A DNA stretch of 64,000 nucleotides from an uncultured Actinomyces sp. (GTDB lineage: Bacteria; Actinomycetota; Actinomycetes; Actinomycetales; Actinomycetaceae): NCBI GenBank assembly GCA_964344825.1, contig CAYFOT010000004.1, positions 7,588-71,587 on the forward strand, given 5' to 3'. The notes below the pieces were generated by a model. It was not told the DNA's origin. It saw nothing but the letters and a program-made list of their open reading frames with translations, and ran no database searches. The position numbers and the translations under genes are program-made. Below, piece after piece: positions 18,156 to 28,000 of this stretch. The stretch's first letter is position 1; every line of letters starts with the position of its first letter.

Positions 18156-20729
18156 TCAGCGACCGGACTCATCAGCCTTCTGGGCGTCGATCATCCTCTG
18201 TGCGTCGTCGCGGCCTTCCTCTATGAGTCGGCGCAACGAATCGGGTCGGTCGGTGTGCTCTTTAAGCCAGCCCTCAGCCAGCTCCACGACGTCCACATGG
18301 GCCACATAGCCAACCAGTGGCAGTGGCTCCATGGATTCCACGATCCCAGACGCGATGTGGAACGTGTGGTCGCCCCAAACGTTGGCGACCTGATCGTAGA
18401 ACTTCGAAGCGTACTTTTCGTACACGACCGGCTTCGTTGAAGCGTGGGACCAGAAACCTGCAACCATTGCCCAACGGGTGTCGTTCGGAATGGACGTGTC
18501 ATGCATGATCGCCTGCCACGTCCTGGAACGAACCTCATCCGAATCGAGGCTTGCCAACGCCCGGGCTGCGTTCTGCCCTCCGGTCAGCGTGTTGTCTTCT
18601 GCGCGGAGTCTGTCCACATCGCCCTCATCCGCCAGGCCGCCACGGCAAAGCGCGTACAACATCGCCCAGCGCATGTCTTCGCTCAGCTGCAAGCCAGGGA
18701 GGGTCTGCCGCCCGTGGTAAAGGGCTGCGATATGTTCGTACTGCGTGCGCGTGACAGCACGGCGGGTGAACGCAAGCATGAACAGTTCCTGAGCATCAGA
18801 TCCGGGTTCTGCGTCCTCAGCCAGTATCGCAAGGCGGTCGGCGACCGCACGCAACTCAGCCGGGCGGTACGCGGGCGCCACGTAGGAAGTGGCGGCCGTG
18901 TCAGTGTGGCGCAGGATCTGGGTTAGCGCAGCGATGGAGGTTTCCACGCCCGCGGCTTCCAGCGCCAACTCTATGAACTTCGACGCGGGGAACTCACCGT
19001 CGCGTGTCATGTCCCAGGCTGCAGACATCACTACCCGACGCGTCAGCGCATCGCTGATGCGCCCGATGTTGTCAACGGCAAATGCTAAGGAAGAGTCGTC
19101 AAGGCGGACCTTCGCGTATGCGAGGTCTCCGTCGTTCACCAGTACGAGGGCGGGTCGGCGCGTTCCTACCGCCTCGGTCACAGGCGTGCGCGCCCCATCA
19201 ACGTCCAACTCACTGCTGAAGACTTTGCGTACTTCCGTGCCGTCTTCACTCAAGTCGTACCCCGCTACGACCAGAGTGTGGGGGCGAAGGGAGGCGCCCT
19301 CTGAGAATGCCTCTTGGACGACGTCCAGTCGGGTAATCCTTCCGTCCTCGTCCACCTCTATCTCTGGGCGCAGCATGGTGACACCGGGCTCCTCAACCCA
19401 AACCTCAACCCAGCGGCGCATGTCGCGCCCAGATGCTGCTTCCAACTCAGAGATGAGGTCATCGAGGGTAGCGTTCTTGAAGGAATGCTTCGTGAGGTAA
19501 CGGTTCAGGCCCTTGAAGAAGTTCTCTCTACCGACGTAAGCGGCCATCTGGCGTAGAACGGCAGCGCCCTTCGCGTACGTGATTCCATCGAAGGAAACCT
19601 CAACGTCATCCAAGTCCTTTATCTCACCCTTCACCGGGTGCGTGGAAGAAAGCTGATCTTGAGCCAGCCCCCATTCCTTACGGTTCAAGAACCCAACCCA
19701 CGCATCCGACCAGCGCGTAGCCTCTGCGGTGGCAAGGTGAGCCATGAACTCCGCGAAGGACTCATTCAGCCAAAGATCATCCCACCACGCCATCGTCACG
19801 AGGTCGCCGAACCACATGTGGGCCAGCTCATGCAGGATCGTGTTACACCGCGACTCCAGCTCCCACTCCGTGGGCTTGGAACGGAAAATGTACTGGTCAC
19901 GGAACGTGACGCAGCCAGCGTTCTCCATTGCGCCCATGTTGTACTCAGGGACGAAGATCTGGTCGTATTTCACGAACGGGTAGGGGATACCGTAAGCGTC
20001 CTCAAAGAACGCGAAGCCCGCTTCCGTTACGTCCATGATGTCCGAGGCGTCCAGGTACTTAACTAGCGATGCGCGGCAGTACACGCCCAAGTCGATTTCG
20101 CGTCCGTCAGTGGACCTGATGACCCGCGTTTCACCTTCATAGGGGCCCGCCACGATCGCTGTGATGTACGTGGAAATCCGCTGTGTGGGGGCGAAGTCGA
20201 AACGGATCTTCCCGCCCTCGACCTCAACGGGCGCGGGGGTCGGCGACACGGAGAACACGGTCCACCCGGCTGGCACCGTCACGGAGAACGTGAAGGACGA
20301 CTTCAGGTCGGGCTGCTCAAACGTGGGGAACACGCGGCGCGCGTCGGGAACCTCAAACTGGGAGTAGAGGTAGACCTTTCCGTCGGCGGGGTCAACGGAG
20401 CGGTGCAGGCCCTCCCCGGTGTTCATGTAGATGAAGTCCGCGTCGATTTCCAGGGTGTTTTTCACCTTGAGGTCACGCAGTGGTAGCCGGTATTCCGCGT
20501 ATTCGCTGGACGGCACTTCGACACCGTTTAGTTTCGCGGAGTGGATCCTGTCCACAACAAGATCCACGAAAGTGGAGGTGCCCGGGACCGCGTCGAACGT
20601 GATTACCGAAGTGGACCGGAACGTCTTATCTCCCGTGGTTAGGTCGAGGGCGACGTTGTAGTTCTCCACATTCGTGATCACAGCGCTGCGGTCTTGTGCT
20701 TCAAGGCGCGTGAGATTCAGGCCTGGCAT
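18156..20729 (-). CDS. pepN: Aminopeptidase N (M1 family)
   Basis: GAMEN and HELAHMWFGD...E zinc motifs. Start chosen at ATG 20729 (MPGLNLTRLEAQDR...) with GAAAGG SD. The 937-aa track ORF extends upstream across the neighbouring gene's 3' end and is not credible. Confidence 0.9.
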   Translation of the reverse strand: MPGLNLTRLEAQDRSAVITNVENYNVALDLTTGDKTFRSTSVITFDAVPGTSTFVDLVVDRIHSAKLNGVEVPSSEYAEYRLPLRDLKVKNTLEIDADFIYMNTGEGLHRSVDPADGKVYLYSQFEVPDARRVFPTFEQPDLKSSFTFSVTVPAGWTVFSVSPTPAPVEVEGGKIRFDFAPTQRISTYITAIVAGPYEGETRVIRSTDGREIDLGVYCRASLVKYLDASDIMDVTEAGFAFFEDAYGIPYPFVKYDQIFVPEYNMGAMENAGCVTFRDQYIFRSKPTEWELESRCNTILHELAHMWFGDLVTMAWWDDLWLNESFAEFMAHLATAEATRWSDAWVGFLNRKEWGLAQDQLSSTHPVKGEIKDLDDVEVSFDGITYAKGAAVLRQMAAYVGRENFFKGLNRYLTKHSFKNATLDDLISELEAASGRDMRRWVEVWVEEPGVTMLRPEIEVDEDGRITRLDVVQEAFSEGASLRPHTLVVAGYDLSEDGTEVRKVFSSELDVDGARTPVTEAVGTRRPALVLVNDGDLAYAKVRLDDSSLAFAVDNIGRISDALTRRVVMSAAWDMTRDGEFPASKFIELALEAAGVETSIAALTQILRHTDTAATSYVAPAYRPAELRAVADRLAILAEDAEPGSDAQELFMLAFTRRAVTRTQYEHIAALYHGRQTLPGLQLSEDMRWAMLYALCRGGLADEGDVDRLRAEDNTLTGGQNAARALASLDSDEVRSRTWQAIMHDTSIPNDTRWAMVAGFWSHASTKPVVYEKYASKFYDQVANVWGDHTFHIASGIVESMEPLPLVGYVAHVDVVELAEGWLKEHTDRPDSLRRLIEEGRDDAQRMIDAQKADESGR

Positions 20730-20784
20730 AGTTGCCTTTCGTTCTACTAGATTTGCTTGCTTTTGGTTTTGGGGCGAATCCGGG

Positions 20785-22791
20785 TTACCAGATCCGCACG
20801 CGGTCTTCCGGTGCAATCCACAGATCATCCGTGGGCTGCAAGTTGTAATAGTTGGCGAACTCATCAAAGTTTGCGAGGACGCCATTGCAACGGAACTCAG
20901 CCGGTGAATGCGGGTCGATAGCGAGGAGTTGGATCGCGTAGTCATCGCGGCTCTTTGAGCGCCAGACACGCGCCCAGTTCGCGAAGAACCTCTCTGGCCC
21001 GCTCATCCCGTCGATAGTTTCCGCGTCCGCGGGGCCTTCTAGGCCGCGGTCCTGTAGGGCCTTCACCCACGCTTTCCATGCGATGGTGAGCCCGCCGAGG
21101 TCGCCAATGTTCTCACCGACTGTGAGTGCACCGTTCACCTTGTTTTGGTCGTCGAGGGCGGCCGGGGAGAACGCGTCATACTGTTCGATTAGGGATTTCG
21201 TACGCTTCTCAAATTCCGCACGATCCTCATCCGTCCACCAGTTGTTGACCTCACCCTGGGCGTCGAACTGGCTGCCTTGGTCATCGAAACCATGTCCGAT
21301 TTCGTGCCCGATCACCGCGCCGATGCCACCGTAGTTGACGGCGTCGTCGGCTTCCGGATCGAAGAAGGGCGGCTGCAGTATCGCTGCGGGGAAGACAATC
21401 TCATTCATGGAGGGGTAGTAGTAAGCGTTCACCGTGTGGGGCGTCATCAGCCACTCTGTGCGGTCGACCTCTTTGCCGAGTTTCGCGAACTCCCATTCAA
21501 AATCGAACTCCGCTGACGCCAGCAGGTTTTCAACCAGGGTGTGCTCTTCGGTCACGTCGAGCCCATCGTATTTACGTGCGTCGTCCGGGTAGCCAATCTT
21601 CGGCATGAACGTGTCCAGTTTGCCCAGCGCCTTCTGCTTCGTTTCCTCACCCATCCAGTCAAGGGTGGTGATGGACTCACGGTATGCGTCAAGCAGGTTG
21701 TTCACCAGCTTCAGCATCCGTTCCTTGTACTCAGCAGGGAAATGTCTCTGAACGTAGAGTCTGCCCATATCGAAGGGGACCACGGTGTCGATCAGGGAGA
21801 GTGCCCTCTTCCACCGTGGGCGCATTTGTTCGATCCCCGACAAGGTGCGGCCGTAGAAGTCAAAGGCTTCTTCCGCGAAGGGTTCTGACAGATAGGGGGA
21901 GAACCCGTCGATTACGCCCCGTGCTGCCCACAGTTTGAGCGCGTGCAGGTGCGTCTTCTTCCACAGTTGGCAGGCGGCTTCAAGGAAGTCCGGTTGGGAG
22001 ACATTGAGGCTCTTTCCGTCCAGGTCGACACCTAGGTTTTCCTCCCACAATTCCCATGCAAATCCCGGGTTGTCTGCCACGATTTGGTCCCAGGTGCGGG
22101 GGTTGTTTTGGGGGTCGATTTCGCGGCTGCGCACGACGTCCCAGTGCAGGGCTGCCAACGCGGTTTCGTATGCCATCACTTCGGTCGCTGCTTCATGGGC
22201 CACGGGTTCCGTTACGACGCCCGCCAGTGCCAGGGCCCTCCCAACGTGGTCGACGTACTTTTGGCGGTACTCTGCGTATTCTTCTTCGCGGTAGTAAGAC
22301 TCATCAGGTAGTCCCAGACCGTCCTGCTCAAAGTTGGCCGTGTACTTAGACGTGTCGTTCATATCCGTCCACACGCCGACTGCGAAGAATCCGCTCATCC
22401 CATTGCGCGTCATCGCGCCCATTAGCGCAGCCAAGTCCGCGTGGGATTCCGCTTTGTCGATTGCGTCCAAGAGCGGCTTGATCGGGGACACTCCCAGTTT
22501 GTTCAGGGCGTCAACGTCCATGAACTGGCTGTAGAGGGTTGCGATTCGCTTTGCTTCCTCACCGGGGATCTTCCCGTCGAGGGCGTCTTTCGCGATCTGG
22601 TTGCACCGCTCCTCACTCAACTCATGCAGCGCGTAGAACGCCCCGTCGGACGCGCGATCGGCCGGGATTTCGTGTGTGGCCAGCCAGGATCCGTTGATGT
22701 AACGGAAGTAGTCATCTTGTGGGCGAACGTCGGTGTCCATAAGCGCGGGTTCCAGGACACGCGCAAGCAGCTCATTCTGGGTTTCAGTCAT
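20785..22791 (-). CDS. M13-family zinc metallopeptidase (PepO / endothelin-converting-enzyme-like)
   Basis: 668 aa with HEIGHGFD and ENIGDLGG motifs. Confidence 0.9.
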   Translation of the reverse strand: MTETQNELLARVLEPALMDTDVRPQDDYFRYINGSWLATHEIPADRASDGAFYALHELSEERCNQIAKDALDGKIPGEEAKRIATLYSQFMDVDALNKLGVSPIKPLLDAIDKAESHADLAALMGAMTRNGMSGFFAVGVWTDMNDTSKYTANFEQDGLGLPDESYYREEEYAEYRQKYVDHVGRALALAGVVTEPVAHEAATEVMAYETALAALHWDVVRSREIDPQNNPRTWDQIVADNPGFAWELWEENLGVDLDGKSLNVSQPDFLEAACQLWKKTHLHALKLWAARGVIDGFSPYLSEPFAEEAFDFYGRTLSGIEQMRPRWKRALSLIDTVVPFDMGRLYVQRHFPAEYKERMLKLVNNLLDAYRESITTLDWMGEETKQKALGKLDTFMPKIGYPDDARKYDGLDVTEEHTLVENLLASAEFDFEWEFAKLGKEVDRTEWLMTPHTVNAYYYPSMNEIVFPAAILQPPFFDPEADDAVNYGGIGAVIGHEIGHGFDDQGSQFDAQGEVNNWWTDEDRAEFEKRTKSLIEQYDAFSPAALDDQNKVNGALTVGENIGDLGGLTIAWKAWVKALQDRGLEGPADAETIDGMSGPERFFANWARVWRSKSRDDYAIQLLAIDPHSPAEFRCNGVLANFDEFANYYNLQPTDDLWIAPEDRVRIW

Positions 22792-22971
22792 TCCTCCATG
22801 GTAGCTCCCACCACCGACGCCACCGTCCCGTTAACCTCTTGGGCGAATTCGCAGATCGGAGGAGGTGAGTTCGTGCAGCGCAAATGCCTATTAGCCAGCG
22901 TGACGTGGGCCAAGGCAGAAGCCCGAGCAGATGCCAAGGCAGAAGCCAAGGCGCCGGATAGGGTGGCGACG

Positions 22972-23433
22972 TTAGAACGGCGATGAATCCGTGGCTTGCG
23001 CGCCCCCATGGTCATCTGCGGATCCGCCCGGATGCCCTTGGTAACCCATGGGGATGCTCCCGGTATCCACCTGAGGCTGGGCCTCTGCAGCCTCAGCCTT
23101 GCGCGAAGGGATCACGCCTAAGAACCGGGGAAAACGCAGGACGTAGCGAAGCCCCTCACTTCCGTCGCGCCTGTGGAAAGTCTCCAGGACCAGCGTCCCC
23201 TCCACACTCACGCGGTCGCCCTTATTCAGAACGCTGGATAGATAGCGCGCCTCATCATCCCAGAACGTTGCGCTTATCCAGAGCGGCGCACCCATTTCTG
23301 ACCAGTGGCCCGTACTCTTATCTCTGTTTGACGCTGTTGCGTTGAGTCGTAACTCCACAACGGCTTTTTGTTGCGGCGTCCACCGCAGCACCGGATCTGC
23401 AATTGCCCCGGTTGCTACTGCCCTGAGTGCCAT
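22972..23433 (-). CDS. SSB-like single-stranded DNA-binding protein paralogue
   Basis: OB-fold-like N-terminal domain (VVELRLNATASNRDKSTGHWSEMGAPLWISATFWDDEARYL...GDRVSVEGTL), a flexible tail, and a C-terminal DSSPF resembling the SSB acidic tip (D-x-PF). Confidence 0.65.
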   Translation of the reverse strand: MALRAVATGAIADPVLRWTPQQKAVVELRLNATASNRDKSTGHWSEMGAPLWISATFWDDEARYLSSVLNKGDRVSVEGTLVLETFHRRDGSEGLRYVLRFPRFLGVIPSRKAEAAEAQPQVDTGSIPMGYQGHPGGSADDHGGAQATDSSPF

Positions 23434-23525
23434 TTTCTTCCTCCCCTAGCTCCGCTCACCGCCCTCGGCTTGCTCACTTTTCAGTGTACGTGCGGCTCCG
23501 ACACGAAATGCTGGTGGGGGCAGAT

Positions 23526-23563
23526 CTGTGGATTCACCACGCGAATGGGGAGCCTGTGGATTC
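23526..23563 (-). promoter_or_regulatory. Paired DnaA-box-like direct repeats upstream of SSB-like gene 2 (function unproven)
   Basis: CTGTGGATTC occurs at 23526-23535 and 23554-23563 (GAATCCACAG in gene orientation), 28 bp apart. The proximal box lies ~93 nt from the start codon at 23433. Confidence 0.4.
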
Positions 23564-23638
23564 CCCGGCGTGTGTCCCGCTAGGTGATCTTGCGCGGAGG
23601 TCCAGCCGTGGGATCCCGCGCGAAGAGGGAGACCTCGA

Positions 23639-23763
23639 CGAAACTACATAGGAGGCTCGAAACTACATAGCGGGGACGAAACTACATGTGGGGTAGCAAA
23701 AAGTAAGAGATAACAATGTTATTTTTGCCCCGTATGTAGTCTCGTCCCCCTCATGTAGTTTCG
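23639..23763. repeat. Symmetric array of 19-bp-periodic repeats (3 forward, 2 inverted) flanking an AT-rich core
   Basis: CGAAACTACAT starts at 23639, 23658 and 23677 (+). Its complement ATGTAGTCTCG / ATGTAGTTTCG is at 23734-23744 and 23753-23763. Each unit is followed by a G-run. The core (about 23695-23728) is tagcaaaaagtaagagataacaatgttatttttgcc, with an inner GCAAAAA/TTTTTGC stem. Confidence 0.85.
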
Positions 23764-23838
23764 ACGGCAGTCCAGTCCGATCAGCGAACAGCAAACAAGC
23801 CTTAGCCAACGCTGAGCTGGGTCTGAACGGGCGCGGAC

Positions 23839-24744
23839 CTATTTGTCCTGCAGCGACGGATGCGTCCTCTTGTGCCTCTCAGAGTCGTTCGCGTAAGAGT
23901 AGTACAACCCGATCAGCAGGCCGCCCCCGATGTAGTTCCCTATCAGGGCGATCCCAATGTTCCCCACGGCCAACCCGTAGTTGATGCCTCCCTGCATCGC
24001 CTCCACAGTGAACAGGACGGTGTTCGCCACAGAGTGCTCAAACCCAAGGAACGCAAACAGCAGCACCGACACAACCATCGCAGCGACCTTCACCCCGTCG
24101 GACTTCACGAACCCGTTGTAGATCAGGAGCATCGCAATGTTGATCATGAAGTTACAAAGGATCGCCCGGAAGAAAAGGTCAGCGATACCGGTTGCCCCAG
24201 ACGACACATATGCCAACTTGTGCTCAACCGACGCGGTCACCAGTTCGCCAGCCGACCCAGTCAAAAGCGTCGTAAAGTGCACGATTATCGCCATGAGAAC
24301 CCCACCCAGGAAGTTACCCAAGTAGCAGAAGGCCATCACGGCCAGGGCGCGCCCCACACTCATCCGCCGGAAATACACCGCGATGGTCGTCACCATCATG
24401 TTGGAGGTGAGCAGCTCTGACTTGGAGTAATAGATGAAGACCAGACAGAATCCGAACGTGATCGCACCGAAGATGGCGCCGAGCTTGGCGTCCCTCGGAC
24501 TGATTTCGACGAACGCCGCAATCACGGAGTAGTTCGCCAAATAGAAGATTCCAATCAAGAAACCCGCCATTGCAGCGCGCATCACGAATACGCGGGACAG
24601 GTGCTTCGTCATCGAAGACTTGGCATCCGCGGCCTGCAGGACCGTAGAAATGAACTCTGTTCCCGGGAAGATTTTGCGGTTATCAGTGACCATGCCCAAT
24701 GGTCTCAGATTTTTCTGCGCTAGTGGCGTACTCCGCTTAAGCAC
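23839..24744 (-). CDS. Formate/nitrite transporter (FNT) family channel
   Basis: About 6 TM segments and FNT-like sequence (AGFLIGIFYLANY..., LLTSNMM, FLGFEHSVAN). The start is uncertain (GTG 24744 or ATG 24693). Confidence 0.85.
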   Translation of the reverse strand: MLKRSTPLAQKNLRPLGMVTDNRKIFPGTEFISTVLQAADAKSSMTKHLSRVFVMRAAMAGFLIGIFYLANYSVIAAFVEISPRDAKLGAIFGAITFGFCLVFIYYSKSELLTSNMMVTTIAVYFRRMSVGRALAVMAFCYLGNFLGGVLMAIIVHFTTLLTGSAGELVTASVEHKLAYVSSGATGIADLFFRAILCNFMINIAMLLIYNGFVKSDGVKVAAMVVSVLLFAFLGFEHSVANTVLFTVEAMQGGINYGLAVGNIGIALIGNYIGGGLLIGLYYSYANDSERHKRTHPSLQDK

Positions 24745-24769
24745 CTACCCGAAACTGGCCTACAATGAA

Positions 24770-25032
24770 CGCGCATAGATCCGGCCTGAACCAACCACAT
24801 TTGGGGGAGCAGGACATCACCGGGGAGCATCCGGAAGAACGGGCCAGCACAATGGCCTCATTAGAACCGGACGGGTGGCCCGTCACAGCCGGAAATGAGA
24901 GGCAGTTCGCCCTCGACATGAACAATGTCGGAAGTGGCCTGCAAATGGGGTGGTACCGCGGGATGTGAAAGCATTTCGTCCTCGAAAAAGACGCAACTGC
25001 GAAACTGGACGCACTGGCAAAAGAGGACCCCG
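24770..25032 (+). promoter_or_regulatory. T-box leader (tRNA-Ile sensing) of ileS, probably translation-controlling
   Basis: Conserved T-box core AAATGGGGTGGTACCGCG at 24943-24960. Candidate specifier ATC(A) at 24816-24819. GTCCTC (24978-24983) can pair with the SD GAGGAC (25023-25028). A possible promoter TTAAGC-18-TACAAT lies at 24737-24766. Confidence 0.8.
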
Positions 25033-28000
25033 ATGGCAACTTCGAAGAAACGTTTCCCCCTTCACAGAGCCGCGCTCGAAGTAGACGCGAAACCATCTCT
25101 GCCGAAGATTGAGGAAGAGATTCTTTCCTACTGGAAAGAGGACGACACGTTTAAGAAGTCGGTGGAACAGCGGGCGGCAGGTGCGCGGGGTTCCAATGAG
25201 TTCGTCTTCTACGACGGCCCCCCGTTTGCCAACGGTACGCCTCACTACGGCCACCTCCTCACCGGTTACGTGAAGGACGTGGTGGGCCGATACCAGACGA
25301 TGCTCGGCCACCGTGTTGAACGCCGGTTCGGTTGGGACACGCACGGGCTGCCCGCGGAGATAGAGGCCGAACGCATCCTCGGGATCGTCGACAAGTCCGA
25401 AATCGACGGCCCGACAGGCATCGGCATCCAGGCGTTCAACGACGCCTGCCAGACCTCCGTCCTTCGGTACACCGCGGAATGGGAAGACTACGTAACCCGC
25501 CAGGCGCGTTGGGTGGACTTCAAGAACGACTACAAGACGCTGGACCCCGAATACATGGAGTCCACGCTCTGGGCGTTCAAGACCCTGTTCGACAAGGGCC
25601 TCATCTATGAGGGCCACCGCGTCCTCCCGTACTGCTGGAACGATGAGACGCCCCTGTCCAACCATGAGTTGAAGATGGATGAGGACGTTTACCAAGACCG
25701 CACCGACCAGACCGCAACGGTGGGCGTTGCGCTTTTGGGCGAGGACGGGGAGCCAACCGGAGAGGTCGCCCTCGTCTGGACGACGACCCCGTGGACCCTC
25801 CCGTCGAACCTGGCGGTCGCCGTCGGTCCGGACGTGGACTACGTGGTGGTGCGCCCACGCAGCGGCGTCCTCGAAGGGAAAGACGTCATCATCGCCGCCG
25901 CGCTTGCCGACCAGTACGCGCCAGAGTTCGGCGTGGTAGAGGCAGGCGAGGGCGACGCAGAAGGCACCGACGCCCCCACCAGCGTTGATGAACTGGTCGT
26001 GAAGCGCTTGAAGGGCTCCGACCTGACCGGGCGCCGCTACGCCCCCATGTTCAACTACTTCGCGGACAAGCCGGAAACGGAAGCACCCGGCCCCAACGCA
26101 TTCCAGGTCATTGAGGCGGACTTCGTGACTACGGAGGACGGCACCGGCCTAGTCCACCTTGCCCCCGCTTTTGGTGAGGACGACATGAACGTCTGCCTGG
26201 CCAACGGCATCAAGACCGTCGTTCCTGTCGATGACTCCGGGAAGTTCACTTCCCAGGTGCCCCAGTACGAGGGCGTCCAGGTTTTCGACGCGAACCGCCT
26301 AGTCCTGGCCGACCTGCGTGACGGGACCGGAGCGCTTGCGGAAGTTGAGGCGGAGCGTCGCCCCGTCCTCGTCCGTCAGGCCTCCTACCTTCACAGCTAC
26401 CCGCACTGCTGGCGCTGCCGCAAGCCGCTGATCTACCGCGCGGTCTCTTCCTGGTTCGTTGAGGTCACGAAGTTCCGCGACCGCATGGTGGAGCTGAACC
26501 AGCAGATCAACTGGGTTCCCGACCACCTGCGTGACGGACAGTTCGGCAAGTGGCTGGAGGGCGCGCGCGACTGGTCCATTTCCCGCACCCGTTTCTGGGG
26601 CGCGCCGATCCCGGTTTGGAAGTCGGACAATCCTGATTTCCCGCGCATCGACGTTTATGGCTCATACCAGCAGATCGCAGACGATTTCGGTGTGGACGTT
26701 GACAAGATCAACCTGCACCGCCCGGCCGTGGACACGCTGGTCCGCCCGAACCCGGACGACCCCACGGGTAAGTCCATGATGCGCCGCGTCCCAGAGGTTC
26801 TGGACTGCTGGTTTGAGTCCGGCTCCATGCCGTTCGCGCAGGTCCACTACCCGTTTGAGAACCAGGAGTGGTTTGAGGACCACTACCCGGGTGACTTCAT
26901 CGTGGAATACGTGGGGCAGACCAGGGGTTGGTTCTACACCCTGCACGTCCTCGCAACCGCGCTGTTTGACCGCCCTGCGTTCCGCACCTCCCTGTCCCAC
27001 GGGATCATCTTGGGTAATGACGGAACGAAGATGAGTAAGTCCCTACGCAACTACCCGGACGTCCAAGGCGTGTTTGATTCCTACGGCTCCGACGCGATGC
27101 GCTGGTTCCTGCTGGCATCCCCGGTGGTGCGTGGCGGCAACTTGATTGTGACTGAGGACGGCATCCGCGACGCGGTGCGCCAGGTCCTGCTGCCACTGTG
27201 GAACTCCTACTACTTCTTCACGCTGTACGGGAACGCCTGCAACGGCGGGGAAGGCATCAGCCCGACCCGACTGGACAAGGTGGACGATCCGCAGGCCGTG
27301 TTTGAGGCGCTGCCGGAGATGGACCGCTACCTGCTGGCCCGCACTCGTGAGGTGACCGAAGAGGTCCGTGAAGCGATGGACCAGTACGACCTCCCCCGGG
27401 CTGCGGCGCGCATCCGCGACCACATGGAGGTCATTACTAACTGGTACGTGCGCACCCAGCGTCAGCGTTTCTGGGAAGAGGAGCAGGAAGCGTTTGACGC
27501 GCTCTACACCGCCCTCGTCATCCTGACGGAGGCCGCCGCTCCGCTCATGCCGCTGATCACCGAGGAAATCTGGCGTGGGCTGACGGGCGGGGAATCCGTA
27601 CATTTGGTTGACTTCCCCGACCTGCCGAAGTCGTGGTCGGATGAGGACCTAGTCGCGGGCATGGATGAGGTCCAGGAGATCGTCTCCGCGGGCCACTCCC
27701 TGCGCAAGGCGGAGAAGCTGCGTGTCCGTCAGCCGCTTGCGAACCTGCTGGTCGTCTCGGAGAAGGCGAAGAGCCTGGAACGTTTCGCGCCCGTGATCGC
27801 GTCGGAAGTGAACGTGAAGAACGTGGACTTTGAGTTGCCGGCGGACTCTGGTCTTTCGATCCGCCAGGACCTCAGCCTGAACCCGCGCGCGTTTGCGAAC
27901 AACGTGCGTCCCAAGACGTCGGCGCTGTTCCAAGCGATGAAGAGCGGCGCATGGGAGGTCATTGAGGGGGGCGAGGGCGTTCGGTTCCCCGGCGTAGAGG

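Noticed and set aside
20730-20969. N-terminal 80 codons of the 937-aa track ORF for pepN
   Set aside because: They overlap the 3' end of the M13 peptidase gene, have an odd Ser/Thr/Cys-rich composition, and precede a good SD plus ATG at 20729 that gives the canonical PepN N-terminus.
22909-22947. Direct repeat GCCAAGGCAGAAGCC x2 (24-bp period) between the M13 peptidase start and the SSB-like gene 2 stop
   Set aside because: The repeat is real but short, and I can attach no functional interpretation to it. It is noted only for completeness.
23639-23763. The 19-bp periodic repeats as a CRISPR array or a parS site
   Set aside because: The units are only ~13-19 bp with ~6-bp gaps, and the array switches orientation symmetrically. 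No cas genes are nearby. The sequence does not resemble the TGTTTCACGTGAAACA parS consensus.
24925-25032. Longer ileS ORF starting at 24925
   Set aside because: It would be translated through the T-box core and the SD-sequestering helix. ATG 25033 has a proper SD and gives the conserved N-terminus.
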